This document shows, piece by piece, positions 10,344 through 19,427 of a stretch of 62,379 nucleotides of DNA. Where the stretch lies: positions 1 through 62,379 of the forward strand of contig JAUWMC010000001.1 in NCBI GenBank assembly GCA_030613375.1, read 5' to 3'. Position 1 is the stretch's first letter; the number at the start of each line of letters is the position of its first letter. The position numbers were made by a program, and so were the translations under genes. The notes below the pieces were generated by a model. The model did not search any database. It was given only the letters and a program-made list of their open reading frames with translations, and was not told where the DNA came from. Source of the stretch: Candidatus Micrarchaeota archaeon (GTDB lineage Archaea > Micrarchaeota > Micrarchaeia > Anstonellales > Bilamarchaeaceae).

Positions 10344-10988
10344 ATGAAATTTTTCGTGGACACAGCTGATGTTGAAGAAATAAAGAAGGCAGTTGAGCTT
10401 GGAATATGTGATGGTGTTACAACCAACCCCTCACTTATTATGAAGTCCGGAAGGGACCAGAAGGAAGTAATCCTTGAAATCGTCAAGATCGTTTCCGGCC
10501 CCATTAGTGTAGAAGCTATTTCCGAAGATGCTGACGGCATGGTTAAGGAAGCAGAAGAGTTCGCTACCTGGGCTCCTAACATCGTAGTTAAGGTTCCCAT
10601 GACCAAGGAAGGAATTAAGGCAGTACGTATTCTCAAGGAAAAGAACATTCCAACCAATGTAACTCTAGTATTCTCAGCTTCCCAGGCTCTCTTAGCCGCT
10701 AAAGCAGGAGCAGCCTACGTTTCCCCATTTGTAGGAAGACTCGACGATATTTCCCAGGATGGAATGGCCCTAATTGAAGAAATAATGGAAATCTTTGACA
10801 ACTATGATTTCGAGGCCCAGGTAATCGTTGCCTCAATTCGTGACCCAATCCACGTAACTGAATCCGCAATGCTCGGAGCAGATATCGCAACCATTCCAGC
10901 CAAGGTAATGGAGAAACTTTGGAAACACCCCCTTACAGATAAGGGAATCGCTCAATTCTTAGCAGATTACGAAAAATCAAAGAAGTAG
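10344..10988 (+). CDS. tal: Transaldolase (short TalC/FSA family)
   Basis: FFVDTA, GVTTNPS, VVKVP, NVTLVFS; SPFVGR (Phe here indicates transaldolase rather than FSA). Confidence 0.92.
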   Translation: MKFFVDTADVEEIKKAVELGICDGVTTNPSLIMKSGRDQKEVILEIVKIVSGPISVEAISEDADGMVKEAEEFATWAPNIVVKVPMTKEGIKAVRILKEKNIPTNVTLVFSASQALLAAKAGAAYVSPFVGRLDDISQDGMALIEEIMEIFDNYDFEAQVIVASIRDPIHVTESAMLGADIATIPAKVMEKLWKHPLTDKGIAQFLADYEKSKK

Positions 10989-10990
10989 TT

Positions 10991-11902
10991 TTACTTCTTT
11001 GTTTCCCCTTTTTCAGGCTTCAGCTCAACTTTCATCCCATCTTTTGCGCAAACAGATTTCTTGAAAACCTTCTTTGCTTCAGCTTCCAGCTCAGGCCCGC
11101 GGTATCTTGCTCCAATATGAGTAAGCACCAGCTGCTTCACCTTCGCCTTTTTCGCAATGGTTGCAGCCTCCTTAGCAGTAGAATGCCCCCTCATTTCCGC
11201 CTCCTCTTTCAAATCATCCCCAAAAGTAGAATCATGAATCAACAAATCCGCATCCTTTGCAATAGATGCAATCCCTTCATCATATATTGAATCCCCGGAA
11301 TACACAACTTTCATACCTTTCCGCACCCAGGAAACATCCTCCAATTTAACCGTTTTATTCCCAACCTTAACCTTTCCCTTTTCCTGTATCTCTTTGAACA
11401 TCCGCCCCTTCAGCCCAAGCTTCTTAGCCTTTGCTTCATGGAACTTATTCTTGTCATCCTCTTGGAAAACCAGCCCGAATGCATCCCTTTTCTGGTGCTT
11501 CACATGGAACCCGGAGATAGTGTAATCCTTACCCTTGTACAATTCCCCCTCCTTCATCTCCCGAATATCCAGAAAAGAAGGTTCCCAGCCCATTGTAGGG
11601 CTTATCCCTGCTAACATTCTCTCAAATCCCCTCGGAGCAAATATAGTAATTTTTTTCCTCTCCGTATTCATGCGCACGGTTTCAATTAGCCCAAAAACTC
11701 CCATCACATGGTCTAAATGCAAATGGGTAATAAACACTGCTTCAACTCCCCCATAGCCTACCCCATTTCTCATCATTTCCCTTTGGCAACCTTCCCCACA
11801 GTCCCACAGAAATAATTTATCATACTTCAAAGCTATTGCTGGCATTGCACGATAAGCACTGGGAACTGCTCCGCTGGTTCCAAGAAAGGTAACATTAAGC
11901 AT
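10991..11902 (-). CDS. rnz: Ribonuclease Z
   Basis: FLGTSGAVP, DCGEG, THLHLDH, YSGDS, HST, LTHIGARY. Confidence 0.95.
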   Translation of the reverse strand: MLNVTFLGTSGAVPSAYRAMPAIALKYDKLFLWDCGEGCQREMMRNGVGYGGVEAVFITHLHLDHVMGVFGLIETVRMNTERKKITIFAPRGFERMLAGISPTMGWEPSFLDIREMKEGELYKGKDYTISGFHVKHQKRDAFGLVFQEDDKNKFHEAKAKKLGLKGRMFKEIQEKGKVKVGNKTVKLEDVSWVRKGMKVVYSGDSIYDEGIASIAKDADLLIHDSTFGDDLKEEAEMRGHSTAKEAATIAKKAKVKQLVLTHIGARYRGPELEAEAKKVFKKSVCAKDGMKVELKPEKGETKK

Positions 11903-11950
11903 AACTCAATTTACAGAAAGAGAAATTAATAAAATAAGGGGGTAGAAGGC

Positions 11951-12325
11951 CTAAGCCCTCTTTTTTGGTTTAGCTTTGCTCTTGACAATTTTAACTTTTG
12001 ATGGGGTCAATATGACAAGATCCTGGGTAAGGAGGGCAATGTCCCCATTTGTTTTTTCACAAGTCATCTTGAGCTTGCCAATAATTGTCTTGAGCCTGTT
12101 GGGCTGCTTTGAAAGTGCATGCACATTCAGGATGATAATATTCTTCGAAGTGAGTTCCTTCATTGCAAGGTTTGCATCCCCTTCATTTCTAAGTTCAATC
12201 CTTTTCACATAAAAGTCCGCTGGGGGATTTACTGCATCTCCTTCGTCTTCCAAATCGAGATAATGCTCGAGGTCAGGAACTTCTTCCTTATCTTTTCCGC
12301 CCATAATTTTATCGAATATACCCAT
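11951..12325 (-). CDS. sepF: Cell division protein SepF
   Basis: N-terminal amphipathic helix MGIFDKIMG; core NIIILNV...GDIALL...VILTPSKVKI. Confidence 0.85.
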   Translation of the reverse strand: MGIFDKIMGGKDKEEVPDLEHYLDLEDEGDAVNPPADFYVKRIELRNEGDANLAMKELTSKNIIILNVHALSKQPNRLKTIIGKLKMTCEKTNGDIALLTQDLVILTPSKVKIVKSKAKPKKRA

Positions 12326-12459
12326 TGTAACACCTTGTCTAGAGAGTTAGCCTATTTAGATAAACAAATTTAAATACCTTCTTATTTTATCGAATATCCT
12401 AGAATACCGGAAGATAGATTTATTAATCATTTCCACTAATCTAGTTTGGAGTTGGGCAT

Positions 12460-13644
12460 ATGCCTTCTTTTGATGAATTCATAACCGAATCAAGGATATT
12501 CAAGGATAGGGACGTTCTTTCCCCGCATTATATACCGGATAATTTACATTTTCGGGACCACCAGATACGGGAGCTGATGTCCTCGCTTGCTCCAGCACTA
12601 ATGGGAAAGAAACCCCGCAATCTTTTCATTTATGGGAAAACAGGAACTGGCAAAACCTGTTCAGTAAAGCAAGTTACCCAAAAATTCGAAGAAAAATCCG
12701 CAGGAAGTTCTAGAACCGTATACATAAACTGTAGAATCCACAACAAGCCCTACCGTGTAATGCTCAAGGTAGCAAAAGCAGTAATGGAAGGCTTTGACAA
12801 GCAAGGTTATGGCCTTCCCCATATTTATGAGCGCATCCTTGAATGGGTAGGCAATGGAAAGCAGCTAATCATAATCCTGGATGAAATAGACATGGTGAAA
12901 AACCTTGATGAGCTTCTTTATCTGATTACCCGTGCAAATGATGAACTCGAAGCAGGCGGCCTTTCAGTAATTGGAATCTCCAATAGGCTCCTCTTCAAAG
13001 AGGATTTGGACCCAAGGAGCAAATCTAGCCTCTACGAGCGAGAAATGGTTTTTCCACCCTATACTGCAAACCAACTCCAAACAATCCTTAAGCAACGCGC
13101 AGAGCTGGGTTTCCGCCCAAACGCCTTCACTTCTGGCGCAATAAACCTTGCAGGTGCAGTTGCAGCCCAGGAATCTGGAGATGCAAGATATGCACTCAAG
13201 ATCCTATCCCGCGCAGCAGAAATAGCAGAGGAATCCGAAAAAGACAAGCTCACAGATGAGGATGTTAAATCCGCCCGTGAACTTGTAGAGCTAGATATAG
13301 TAAAGGAAGCAATCGAAAAACTTCCTGAAAACCATCAGATGGTGCTATATGCAGTTGCAAGGCTTTCCCTTTCCGGAAGCAAGTATGCAAGACTTGATGA
13401 AACCAAGGATAGCTATCTTTTCTCAGGGGAAGTTTACGAAGAATACTCAGAACTCTGCAAAAGGCTCAAGAAATCTTCCAAGACCGCGCGCAGCTACCGC
13501 AGCTACCTTAATGATCTGGAAATGCTCGGCCTTCTCACTTCGGTGGAAAGTGGGAAGGGAATCCGTGGCCACACTAAGCTCATAAAACTCGGCCATCCAC
13601 CCCAGGAACTCATAAAAATAGTTTCCAAATCTCTGGAGGCATGA
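12460..13644 (+). CDS. cdc6: Orc1/Cdc6 replication initiator
   Basis: Walker A GKTGTGKT, Walker B IIILDEID, FPPYTANQL, GDARYAL, C-terminal wHTH. Confidence 0.95.
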   Translation: MPSFDEFITESRIFKDRDVLSPHYIPDNLHFRDHQIRELMSSLAPALMGKKPRNLFIYGKTGTGKTCSVKQVTQKFEEKSAGSSRTVYINCRIHNKPYRVMLKVAKAVMEGFDKQGYGLPHIYERILEWVGNGKQLIIILDEIDMVKNLDELLYLITRANDELEAGGLSVIGISNRLLFKEDLDPRSKSSLYEREMVFPPYTANQLQTILKQRAELGFRPNAFTSGAINLAGAVAAQESGDARYALKILSRAAEIAEESEKDKLTDEDVKSARELVELDIVKEAIEKLPENHQMVLYAVARLSLSGSKYARLDETKDSYLFSGEVYEEYSELCKRLKKSSKTARSYRSYLNDLEMLGLLTSVESGKGIRGHTKLIKLGHPPQELIKIVSKSLEA

Positions 13645-14168
13645 AAATGGACATAATCGATTTTCTCTATCAGGCTGGATCCCTTAAGGATGTAGACCGC
13701 TCAGGCTGGAAAACAGTAGGGATACAACCAGAGAGCGTCTCAGAACATAGCTATCGTACTGCTCTCATTGCATATTTCCTTGCAAAGGAAGAAGGAATCA
13801 AGGATCTGGAAGGGGTACTCCTTGCAGCATTACTCCATGATGTGCACGAAGCCCTTACTACTGATTTGCACTTGGTTGCAAAAAAATACGCAACCATGAA
13901 CGAGCAAAAAGCGCGAGACGACTCATTAAATTTCTTCCCAGATCTTCAGCGTCCGTTCAAAGATGAAAAAATAATGCAAATCGTAAATGATGCAGACAAG
14001 CTTGAGTGCATTTTTCAGGCAAAGGAATACCAGGATTTGGGCAATCCTTATGTAAAGGACTGGATAAAGAACGCATCTGCATCCCTTAAAACTCATTCTG
14101 CGAAATCACTTTGCGAAAAAGCGCTCAAGCGCGATGCGTTCAAGTGGCTTTTCGAGGCGAGAAAATGA
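13641..14168 (+). CDS. HD-domain phosphohydrolase (YfbR/HDDC2-like 5'-deoxynucleotidase)
   Basis: LK.VDRSGW, ESVSEHSYR, LLHDVHE, DADKLE. Confidence 0.88.
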   Translation: MKMDIIDFLYQAGSLKDVDRSGWKTVGIQPESVSEHSYRTALIAYFLAKEEGIKDLEGVLLAALLHDVHEALTTDLHLVAKKYATMNEQKARDDSLNFFPDLQRPFKDEKIMQIVNDADKLECIFQAKEYQDLGNPYVKDWIKNASASLKTHSAKSLCEKALKRDAFKWLFEARK

Positions 14169-14662
14169 ATGGACTCATGTTTTCCCTGGCGCTACTCTTA
14201 CTTTTTACCGGCTGCATCCAGATGAAAACAGATGAGGAGTGCGAATCAATAACCCAGGAAGAGATTGCATCCCAGACAGCATGGGGTTATGCGCCTGCAG
14301 TAGTGGATGACCATTATGTAGTGAAAGCAACGGTTACCTGCTGGCATAATGCAGCCCTTGCCCATGCGGCTATGAACAATCGCATGAATGCAACCAATGC
14401 ATGCAACCAGATTCTTTCAGTTACGTCAGCCTCTGAAAGCCAGAATATCCTTGAGCGTGAGCAGGTGTACTGCATGGATGCAATTGCAAAACGCCTTAGG
14501 GACGAGAGCATCTGCGAAGAAATAGATGAAGATGAGTACGCATTTGAAAAGAGCAGATGCATATCAAACTCGGAAATGGAAGATCCTGTCTGTGTTCTCA
14601 CAACGTTCGCATTGCTTTCGCTAGCAGTTTCACTTTTTCTCCTAAGGCACAAAGAGGATTAA
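14165..14662 (+). CDS. Cys-rich lipoprotein with C-terminal transmembrane anchor
   Basis: Lipobox-like LFTGC; many Cys; C-terminal hydrophobic helix followed by RHK; start reassigned to ATG 14165. Confidence 0.7.
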   Translation: MNGLMFSLALLLLFTGCIQMKTDEECESITQEEIASQTAWGYAPAVVDDHYVVKATVTCWHNAALAHAAMNNRMNATNACNQILSVTSASESQNILEREQVYCMDAIAKRLRDESICEEIDEDEYAFEKSRCISNSEMEDPVCVLTTFALLSLAVSLFLLRHKED

Positions 14663-14955
14663 TCGGATTTTTCCATATCCATTATTTCCAATGCTTTCCC
14701 TACACTCATTCCTTCCCGTATTCCTAGGTCATCTGCCCACGAGGTCGTTTCCTTTATTTTCGCTTTAAAAAATGCAGAGTAATCTTTTACCCCTGAAACA
14801 AATGCTGCAACATCCCCTACCTTTTCCGCAGTGGCTTTGTTTACGTAGCTGCACGCAATGTATCCGCGTTTTGCGCGGACAATAATCAGTGGGAGGTTTC
14901 CGATTTGTTGTTTTATTCCATTGTAAGATTTTCCATTAAACTCAACGGGCTCCAC
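14659..14955 (-). CDS. YunC/DUF1805 family protein
   Basis: LPLIIVRAKRGYIACSY...AAFVSGVK...LGIREGMSVGKAL; GTG start at 14955. Confidence 0.8.
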   Translation of the reverse strand: MEPVEFNGKSYNGIKQQIGNLPLIIVRAKRGYIACSYVNKATAEKVGDVAAFVSGVKDYSAFFKAKIKETTSWADDLGIREGMSVGKALEIMDMEKSD

Positions 14956-14956
14956 G

Positions 14957-15211
14957 CTAGAACCCCCCTTCTCTTCTCTCTCGCCTTCGTTCAGCTTGTT
15001 TCTTCTTTTTCTCGAAAATCTTTCTGTGCTTTGCACAGCTTATGCAATAGTATTCAGTAGTGCTTGAAAATGCAGTAACGTTTTCCCGATCCCTGAAATC
15101 AGTGGTAAAAGAACTCCTTCTTTCATAATCGACTGCTTTGCTCCTTGGCACTGCGCGCCCACAGGAAACACAAGTCATGCTCCTGTCTTTTCCACGCCTT
15201 TTTTTACCCAT
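14957..15211 (-). CDS. rps26e: 30S ribosomal protein S26e
   Basis: MGKKRRGK...CVSCGRAVPRSKA...YYCISCAKHRKI. Confidence 0.85.
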   Translation of the reverse strand: MGKKRRGKDRSMTCVSCGRAVPRSKAVDYERRSSFTTDFRDRENVTAFSSTTEYYCISCAKHRKIFEKKKKQAERRRERREGGF

Positions 15212-15406
15212 GTCAAAACCTCTTGAATAGTTCACCCAGCTTCCCAATTTTTGTTCCACCAAGCGTATATACTATTGCTGTATTGAGTTTAAAAACTTGT
15301 TCCTTAAAATCGATCCAAGCCCCTCGGTTTTGACAATATTTGTGCCAAGCAGCGGATTAACTGAAAGCATCAAAACCAGTTTCTTTTCCAATTAGAAATT
15401 TAACCA

Positions 15407-15589
15407 TCACTTTACCTTAACTGCATACCTTCCTGGAGATTTCACATCAGAAATCTTTGCAATCTCGGATTTTTCCGCATCAATCACAATAAGCAATCCG
15501 GTGAACCTGTCACTCAAGTCATCGGACTGGCATGCAGGGCAGGTTTCTCCTTCATCAACCATTTTCTTGCAGTTTCTGCATGCCTTCAT
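15407..15589 (-). CDS. spt4: Transcription elongation factor Spt4 (RpoE'')
   Basis: MKACRNCK...CPAC...SEIAK...PGRYAVKV. Confidence 0.95.
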   Translation of the reverse strand: MKACRNCKKMVDEGETCPACQSDDLSDRFTGLLIVIDAEKSEIAKISDVKSPGRYAVKVK

Positions 15590-16155
15590 TTTTTAGCCTC
15601 CCTCTTTGCTTTCTTTGCTTCTCTCTTTTCTTTGTCCCAGCGCATTACTCCAAGCCCATCCGAGCGCATAGTAAGCCCAATCTTTGTATCAGATGTAGTT
15701 CCCTTCAGGCTTACAGTTGAAACCTTAAGCAGCACAGCATCTCCTTTCTTGAGGCTTCTTCCCCTCTTTGTGCTAAGTGCCCTTGTTTTTTTGTCATAGA
15801 AAAATTTCTCATTCCCAATTTGGGAAATGTGTATAAGTCCATCCAAAGGACCAATTGAGGCAAATGCTCCAAACTCTACGATCTCCCTTACTTGTCCTGT
15901 ATAAACCTCATTTACATGCGGCAGGAAAGAAATCGCATTAAACTGCACTTTATAGTAGATTCCTCCATCTCCAGGGATTACAATCCCCTGTTCTCCTACA
16001 TCCACATCTTCCACTGCGATAATCATGCCCAGCTCTTTGAAAATCCTTCTCTCGTATTTATCCCGGAGTATCTTTGTGATTGCATCGTTGAGCTTCATTA
16101 CCAGCATGCTTGGAGGTACTCTTACAGTATCCTCGGTCTTTAGTTCATAATACAT
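15586..16155 (-). CDS. rpoE1: DNA-directed RNA polymerase subunit E' (Rpo7)
   Basis: VRVPP, PGDGGIYY, EFGAFASIGPLDGLIHISQI, IGLTMR..GLG. Confidence 0.95.
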   Translation of the reverse strand: MYYELKTEDTVRVPPSMLVMKLNDAITKILRDKYERRIFKELGMIIAVEDVDVGEQGIVIPGDGGIYYKVQFNAISFLPHVNEVYTGQVREIVEFGAFASIGPLDGLIHISQIGNEKFFYDKKTRALSTKRGRSLKKGDAVLLKVSTVSLKGTTSDTKIGLTMRSDGLGVMRWDKEKREAKKAKREAKK

Positions 16156-16245
16156 AATAAGTCACCGGCAAGCCATTATTTACATGCATAATATTTAAAA
16201 AGGGCGTTCAGGGCAACTCTTCTCCTTTCTTTGCGCCCTTGCCCC

Positions 16246-16638
16246 TTAGAAATTCTGCAAATCCAGCTCCGCTCCATAAGCAATAATCAGCTCCGTCACG
16301 CTTCCAATATGGCCAGCCATGCTTTCAATCATAAGGGGAGTCAATCCATTCTCATCTTGCACATTAACATCAGCCCCCGCTTCAAGAAGCCTTTTTATCT
16401 TCGCTTCCCTCCCTTCGGTATCGAGACTATGAACAATAGTGATAAGCTCAGAGTCCAGCCTCTTTTTTTCCTCTTCCGAAAGCCCAACTCTTTTGATTTT
16501 TCTTCCCAGTACAAAAGCAGGATTCGCAGAATCAGGAATTCCCTTTTTCTCAACAATCCTTTTCGCCATTTTCCATTTCTCTAGTTTTGCAACTGCCCGT
16601 TTTCTTAATTCAGCCGGAGAAAGGATCTTCCATCTCAC
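16246..16638 (-). CDS. Ankyrin-repeat protein (start uncertain, possibly truncated)
   Basis: LLEAGADVNVQDENGLTPLM...GHIGSVTELIIAYGAELDLQN. Confidence 0.8.
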   Translation of the reverse strand: MRWKILSPAELRKRAVAKLEKWKMAKRIVEKKGIPDSANPAFVLGRKIKRVGLSEEEKKRLDSELITIVHSLDTEGREAKIKRLLEAGADVNVQDENGLTPLMIESMAGHIGSVTELIIAYGAELDLQNF

Positions 16639-16642
16639 TTGC

Positions 16643-17122
16643 CTACTCCCCCCAAACAATGCGTTCTATTGCATCAGCAACTCTTTCTTCCTGTTCAGGA
16701 GTTAGGGGTGGAAGTGGAATTATACTATTTCCAGCACCAAGCTTCCCAACAGTAAGAAGCAAATCAGCAGTTTTTTTATGCCCTCCACCATATGCTTCAG
16801 TAAATGCAGTTCTGCTTGCAAAATTCTTTATGCTCACTTCAACCCCAGAATCAATCATCTTCTGCACAAGCCTTGTTTGTCCTTCAGAAGCAGCATAAGT
16901 AAGTGCACTAAATCCAGCCGTAGTTTTCTCTTCTGCCTTTGCACCTGCATCAAGAAGCGTTTCCATCCTTTTCCATTCTTTTCTTTTTGCAGCCTTCAAA
17001 AGATTTATATCCAGGGTCTTTTGGATCATTGGGCTAAGAATTCGCGGCTCTTCTGCTACATCGGGAATTTTTGGTGCGGGTTTGCTCTCTCTCCTCGGAG
17101 TTTCTTTCTGTGTTTGGACCAT
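16643..17122 (-). CDS. Ankyrin-repeat protein
   Basis: LLKAAKR...LLDAGAKA...GFSALTYAASEGQ...RTAFTEAYGGGHKKTADLL. Confidence 0.85.
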   Translation of the reverse strand: MVQTQKETPRRESKPAPKIPDVAEEPRILSPMIQKTLDINLLKAAKRKEWKRMETLLDAGAKAEEKTTAGFSALTYAASEGQTRLVQKMIDSGVEVSIKNFASRTAFTEAYGGGHKKTADLLLTVGKLGAGNSIIPLPPLTPEQEERVADAIERIVWGE

Positions 17123-17217
17123 TGGGGATATTTAGGAAACAGAATAAATAAAAAGGTGCAGTTTTTGGTAATTTGTAGAAAAACAACTCTTTTAAGCACC
17201 TTCAGGAATCAAACATT

Positions 17218-18393
17218 ATGCAGAAACTAATTGCAATCTTCCTATTTGCACTTTTTTTGTTCAGCGGCTGCACAAAACAAGAACCCATCGAGCCGCTTCC
17301 CCTTGAGCAGCCTTCAGAAGAGCCACAGATTGAGCCCGCAGCTGCACCCGAAGTCAAGTATCCTAAAATTGCAAGCTGGCTTGCAAAAAAAGATGAGATC
17401 ATCCAGAGCAAAAAACCATACTCGCTTGTAATGGCAGGCTGGTTTACCCCAGAAGAAGCAAACCAGATCAAATCCCAGACTCCCAATTCCCTCCTTCTTG
17501 CAGGTCTGAGCACAAACTGGATTTGGGGAAATAAAGATTGGATGGAATTTCTGGAAACTGTTGCAAGCCATGGAAAAGAAGTCCCGCTTGAAATAACAGA
17601 AAGCATGTATCTGAAAACACCCTCCGGGGAAAAATGCGCGTTTGGATGGGCATCTGAGGAATGGGGCCACGAAGAGATATATTCAATGGATCCGCGCAGC
17701 CAGGAATGGAAAGAGCTAATCATTTCATTTTACAAAAATGTTCTTGACCAGCCCCAGCATGATGGAATAATTGTGGATATGGTCGTGGAAAAGCAATACT
17801 GGTGCCCTGATGCAATAAGCGATGAAGAATGGCTTTTTGCAACAAAAGAGATTATGCAGGAAATCAGCGAGCAGAACACTCAGGGAAAATTAGTGGTTTT
17901 CAATGCAGGCCTAAAGTATGAAGACATTGATGAATACAAAGAATACATGGATGGGTATGTAATGGAAAATTTCCTTGGGGAATGGGGCGCAGACTACGAA
18001 ACAGGATTGGAAGCTGCAAATAGCGATTACATCATAATTTATGCAGTAGATACCGATGATACTGGAGAAACAGACCTGAAAAGGATGCGCCTTGGGCTCA
18101 CACTAAGCCTTCTGAACGACAATACATACTTTACTTATGATTTTGGCCCGCGAGACCATGGGCAGGCTTGGTGGTTTTCTGAATATGATGCAGAACTGGG
18201 AGAACCGATTGGAGTATATTATTCTACGAGTGGTGCATACTGGAGGGAGTTTGAAAACGGTGTTGTTGTAAGCTCCCCCCACGAAAACATCTCCATTGTT
18301 TTTGAAGAGGAATACACCGATGCAACAACGGGAGAAAGCTCCAAAACCTTTTCAATTGAAGAAGGAGACGGAAGAATATTCATAAAGAAGTGA
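17218..18393 (+). CDS. Lipoprotein, putative glycoside hydrolase (GHL15-like TIM barrel)
   Basis: LFSGC lipobox; DGIIVD, DGYVMENF, FTYDFGPRDHGQAWWFSEYDAELGEP, YWREFENGVVV. Confidence 0.65.
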   Translation: MQKLIAIFLFALFLFSGCTKQEPIEPLPLEQPSEEPQIEPAAAPEVKYPKIASWLAKKDEIIQSKKPYSLVMAGWFTPEEANQIKSQTPNSLLLAGLSTNWIWGNKDWMEFLETVASHGKEVPLEITESMYLKTPSGEKCAFGWASEEWGHEEIYSMDPRSQEWKELIISFYKNVLDQPQHDGIIVDMVVEKQYWCPDAISDEEWLFATKEIMQEISEQNTQGKLVVFNAGLKYEDIDEYKEYMDGYVMENFLGEWGADYETGLEAANSDYIIIYAVDTDDTGETDLKRMRLGLTLSLLNDNTYFTYDFGPRDHGQAWWFSEYDAELGEPIGVYYSTSGAYWREFENGVVVSSPHENISIVFEEEYTDATTGESSKTFSIEEGDGRIFIKK

Positions 18394-18397
18394 ACAC

Positions 18398-19393
18398 ATG
18401 AATAAGATAATCTTTCTTGGAATGTTTTTGGTTTTATTTTTTGGGTGCTGCCAGGAAACTACCCCGAAAATTCCTGCTTCACCGAGTCCTGAACCTGCAC
18501 CCGAGCCTGAATCTGATTTGATAACCTATCCAAGAGAATCCACAATCCCCAAAGACGCAATTAAAATGACTCCTGAAATAGACAAGCTTCCCCCAATACT
18601 TCACTCAGATGAATATGAAGAGCCAGTTCCTATGCCCTACCCAATAAACACAAAAGGAGCAGAGGATTCCGCATTCATTACTCCTGATGGAAATAATTTT
18701 TATGTCTGGTTCACACCAGATCCAAATATTCCTGTGGTGGAGCAACTAACTGATGGGGTAACCGCGATCTACTGGTCCAAGAAAGTAAATGGGGAATGGC
18801 AGGAGCCGGAAAGATTAATCCTAAATGATGACCTGTCTCTGGATGGATGTCTTTTTGTGCAGGGAAACAAAATGTGGTTCTGCTCAGCACGTGTTGGAAA
18901 CAAGAGGGAACTAGACATCTGGACTGCAGAATTGGTGGATGGAAAATGGTCCAACTGGGAAAACGCAGGAGAGCCAATCAATCTGGAATATGAAGTAGGG
19001 GAAATGCACATCAGCTCTGATGGAATGCAGACGTATTACCACTCAGAACGAGAAGGTGGCAAAGGAGGCTATGATATCTACGTTATCGAAAAAGTTAATG
19101 GAGAATGGCAGCCCCCTGAACCAGTAGAATCAGTAAACACCGAAGAATATGAAGGATGGCCATTTGTAACTGAAGAAATGGACGAGCTTTGGTTCACCCG
19201 CACTTATCTGGGAACTCCTGCAATTTACAAATCCAAAAACCTAAACGGAACCTGGCAGGAACCACAACTAATAGTCTCCCAATTTGCAGGTGAGCCCACT
19301 TTGGACAATGAAGGGAATCTTTATTTTGCACATCATTTCTATGAAAACGGAACAATGCTTGAAGCAGATATCTATGTAGCATACAGAAAGTAA
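18398..19393 (+). CDS. Lipoprotein with PD40/TolB-like beta-propeller repeats
   Basis: FFGCC lipobox, Pro-rich linker; repeats INT...EDSAFITPDG, GGKGGYDIY...NGEWQPPE. Confidence 0.8.
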   Translation: MNKIIFLGMFLVLFFGCCQETTPKIPASPSPEPAPEPESDLITYPRESTIPKDAIKMTPEIDKLPPILHSDEYEEPVPMPYPINTKGAEDSAFITPDGNNFYVWFTPDPNIPVVEQLTDGVTAIYWSKKVNGEWQEPERLILNDDLSLDGCLFVQGNKMWFCSARVGNKRELDIWTAELVDGKWSNWENAGEPINLEYEVGEMHISSDGMQTYYHSEREGGKGGYDIYVIEKVNGEWQPPEPVESVNTEEYEGWPFVTEEMDELWFTRTYLGTPAIYKSKNLNGTWQEPQLIVSQFAGEPTLDNEGNLYFAHHFYENGTMLEADIYVAYRK

Positions 19394-19427
19394 ATCATCC
19401 ACGAGTCCCATTTCTAGCTCCGCCCTC

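Noticed and set aside
12326..12459. Replication origin next to cdc6
   Set aside because: Only 134 bp, explained by divergent sepF/cdc6 promoters; no repeated ORB-like boxes were seen.
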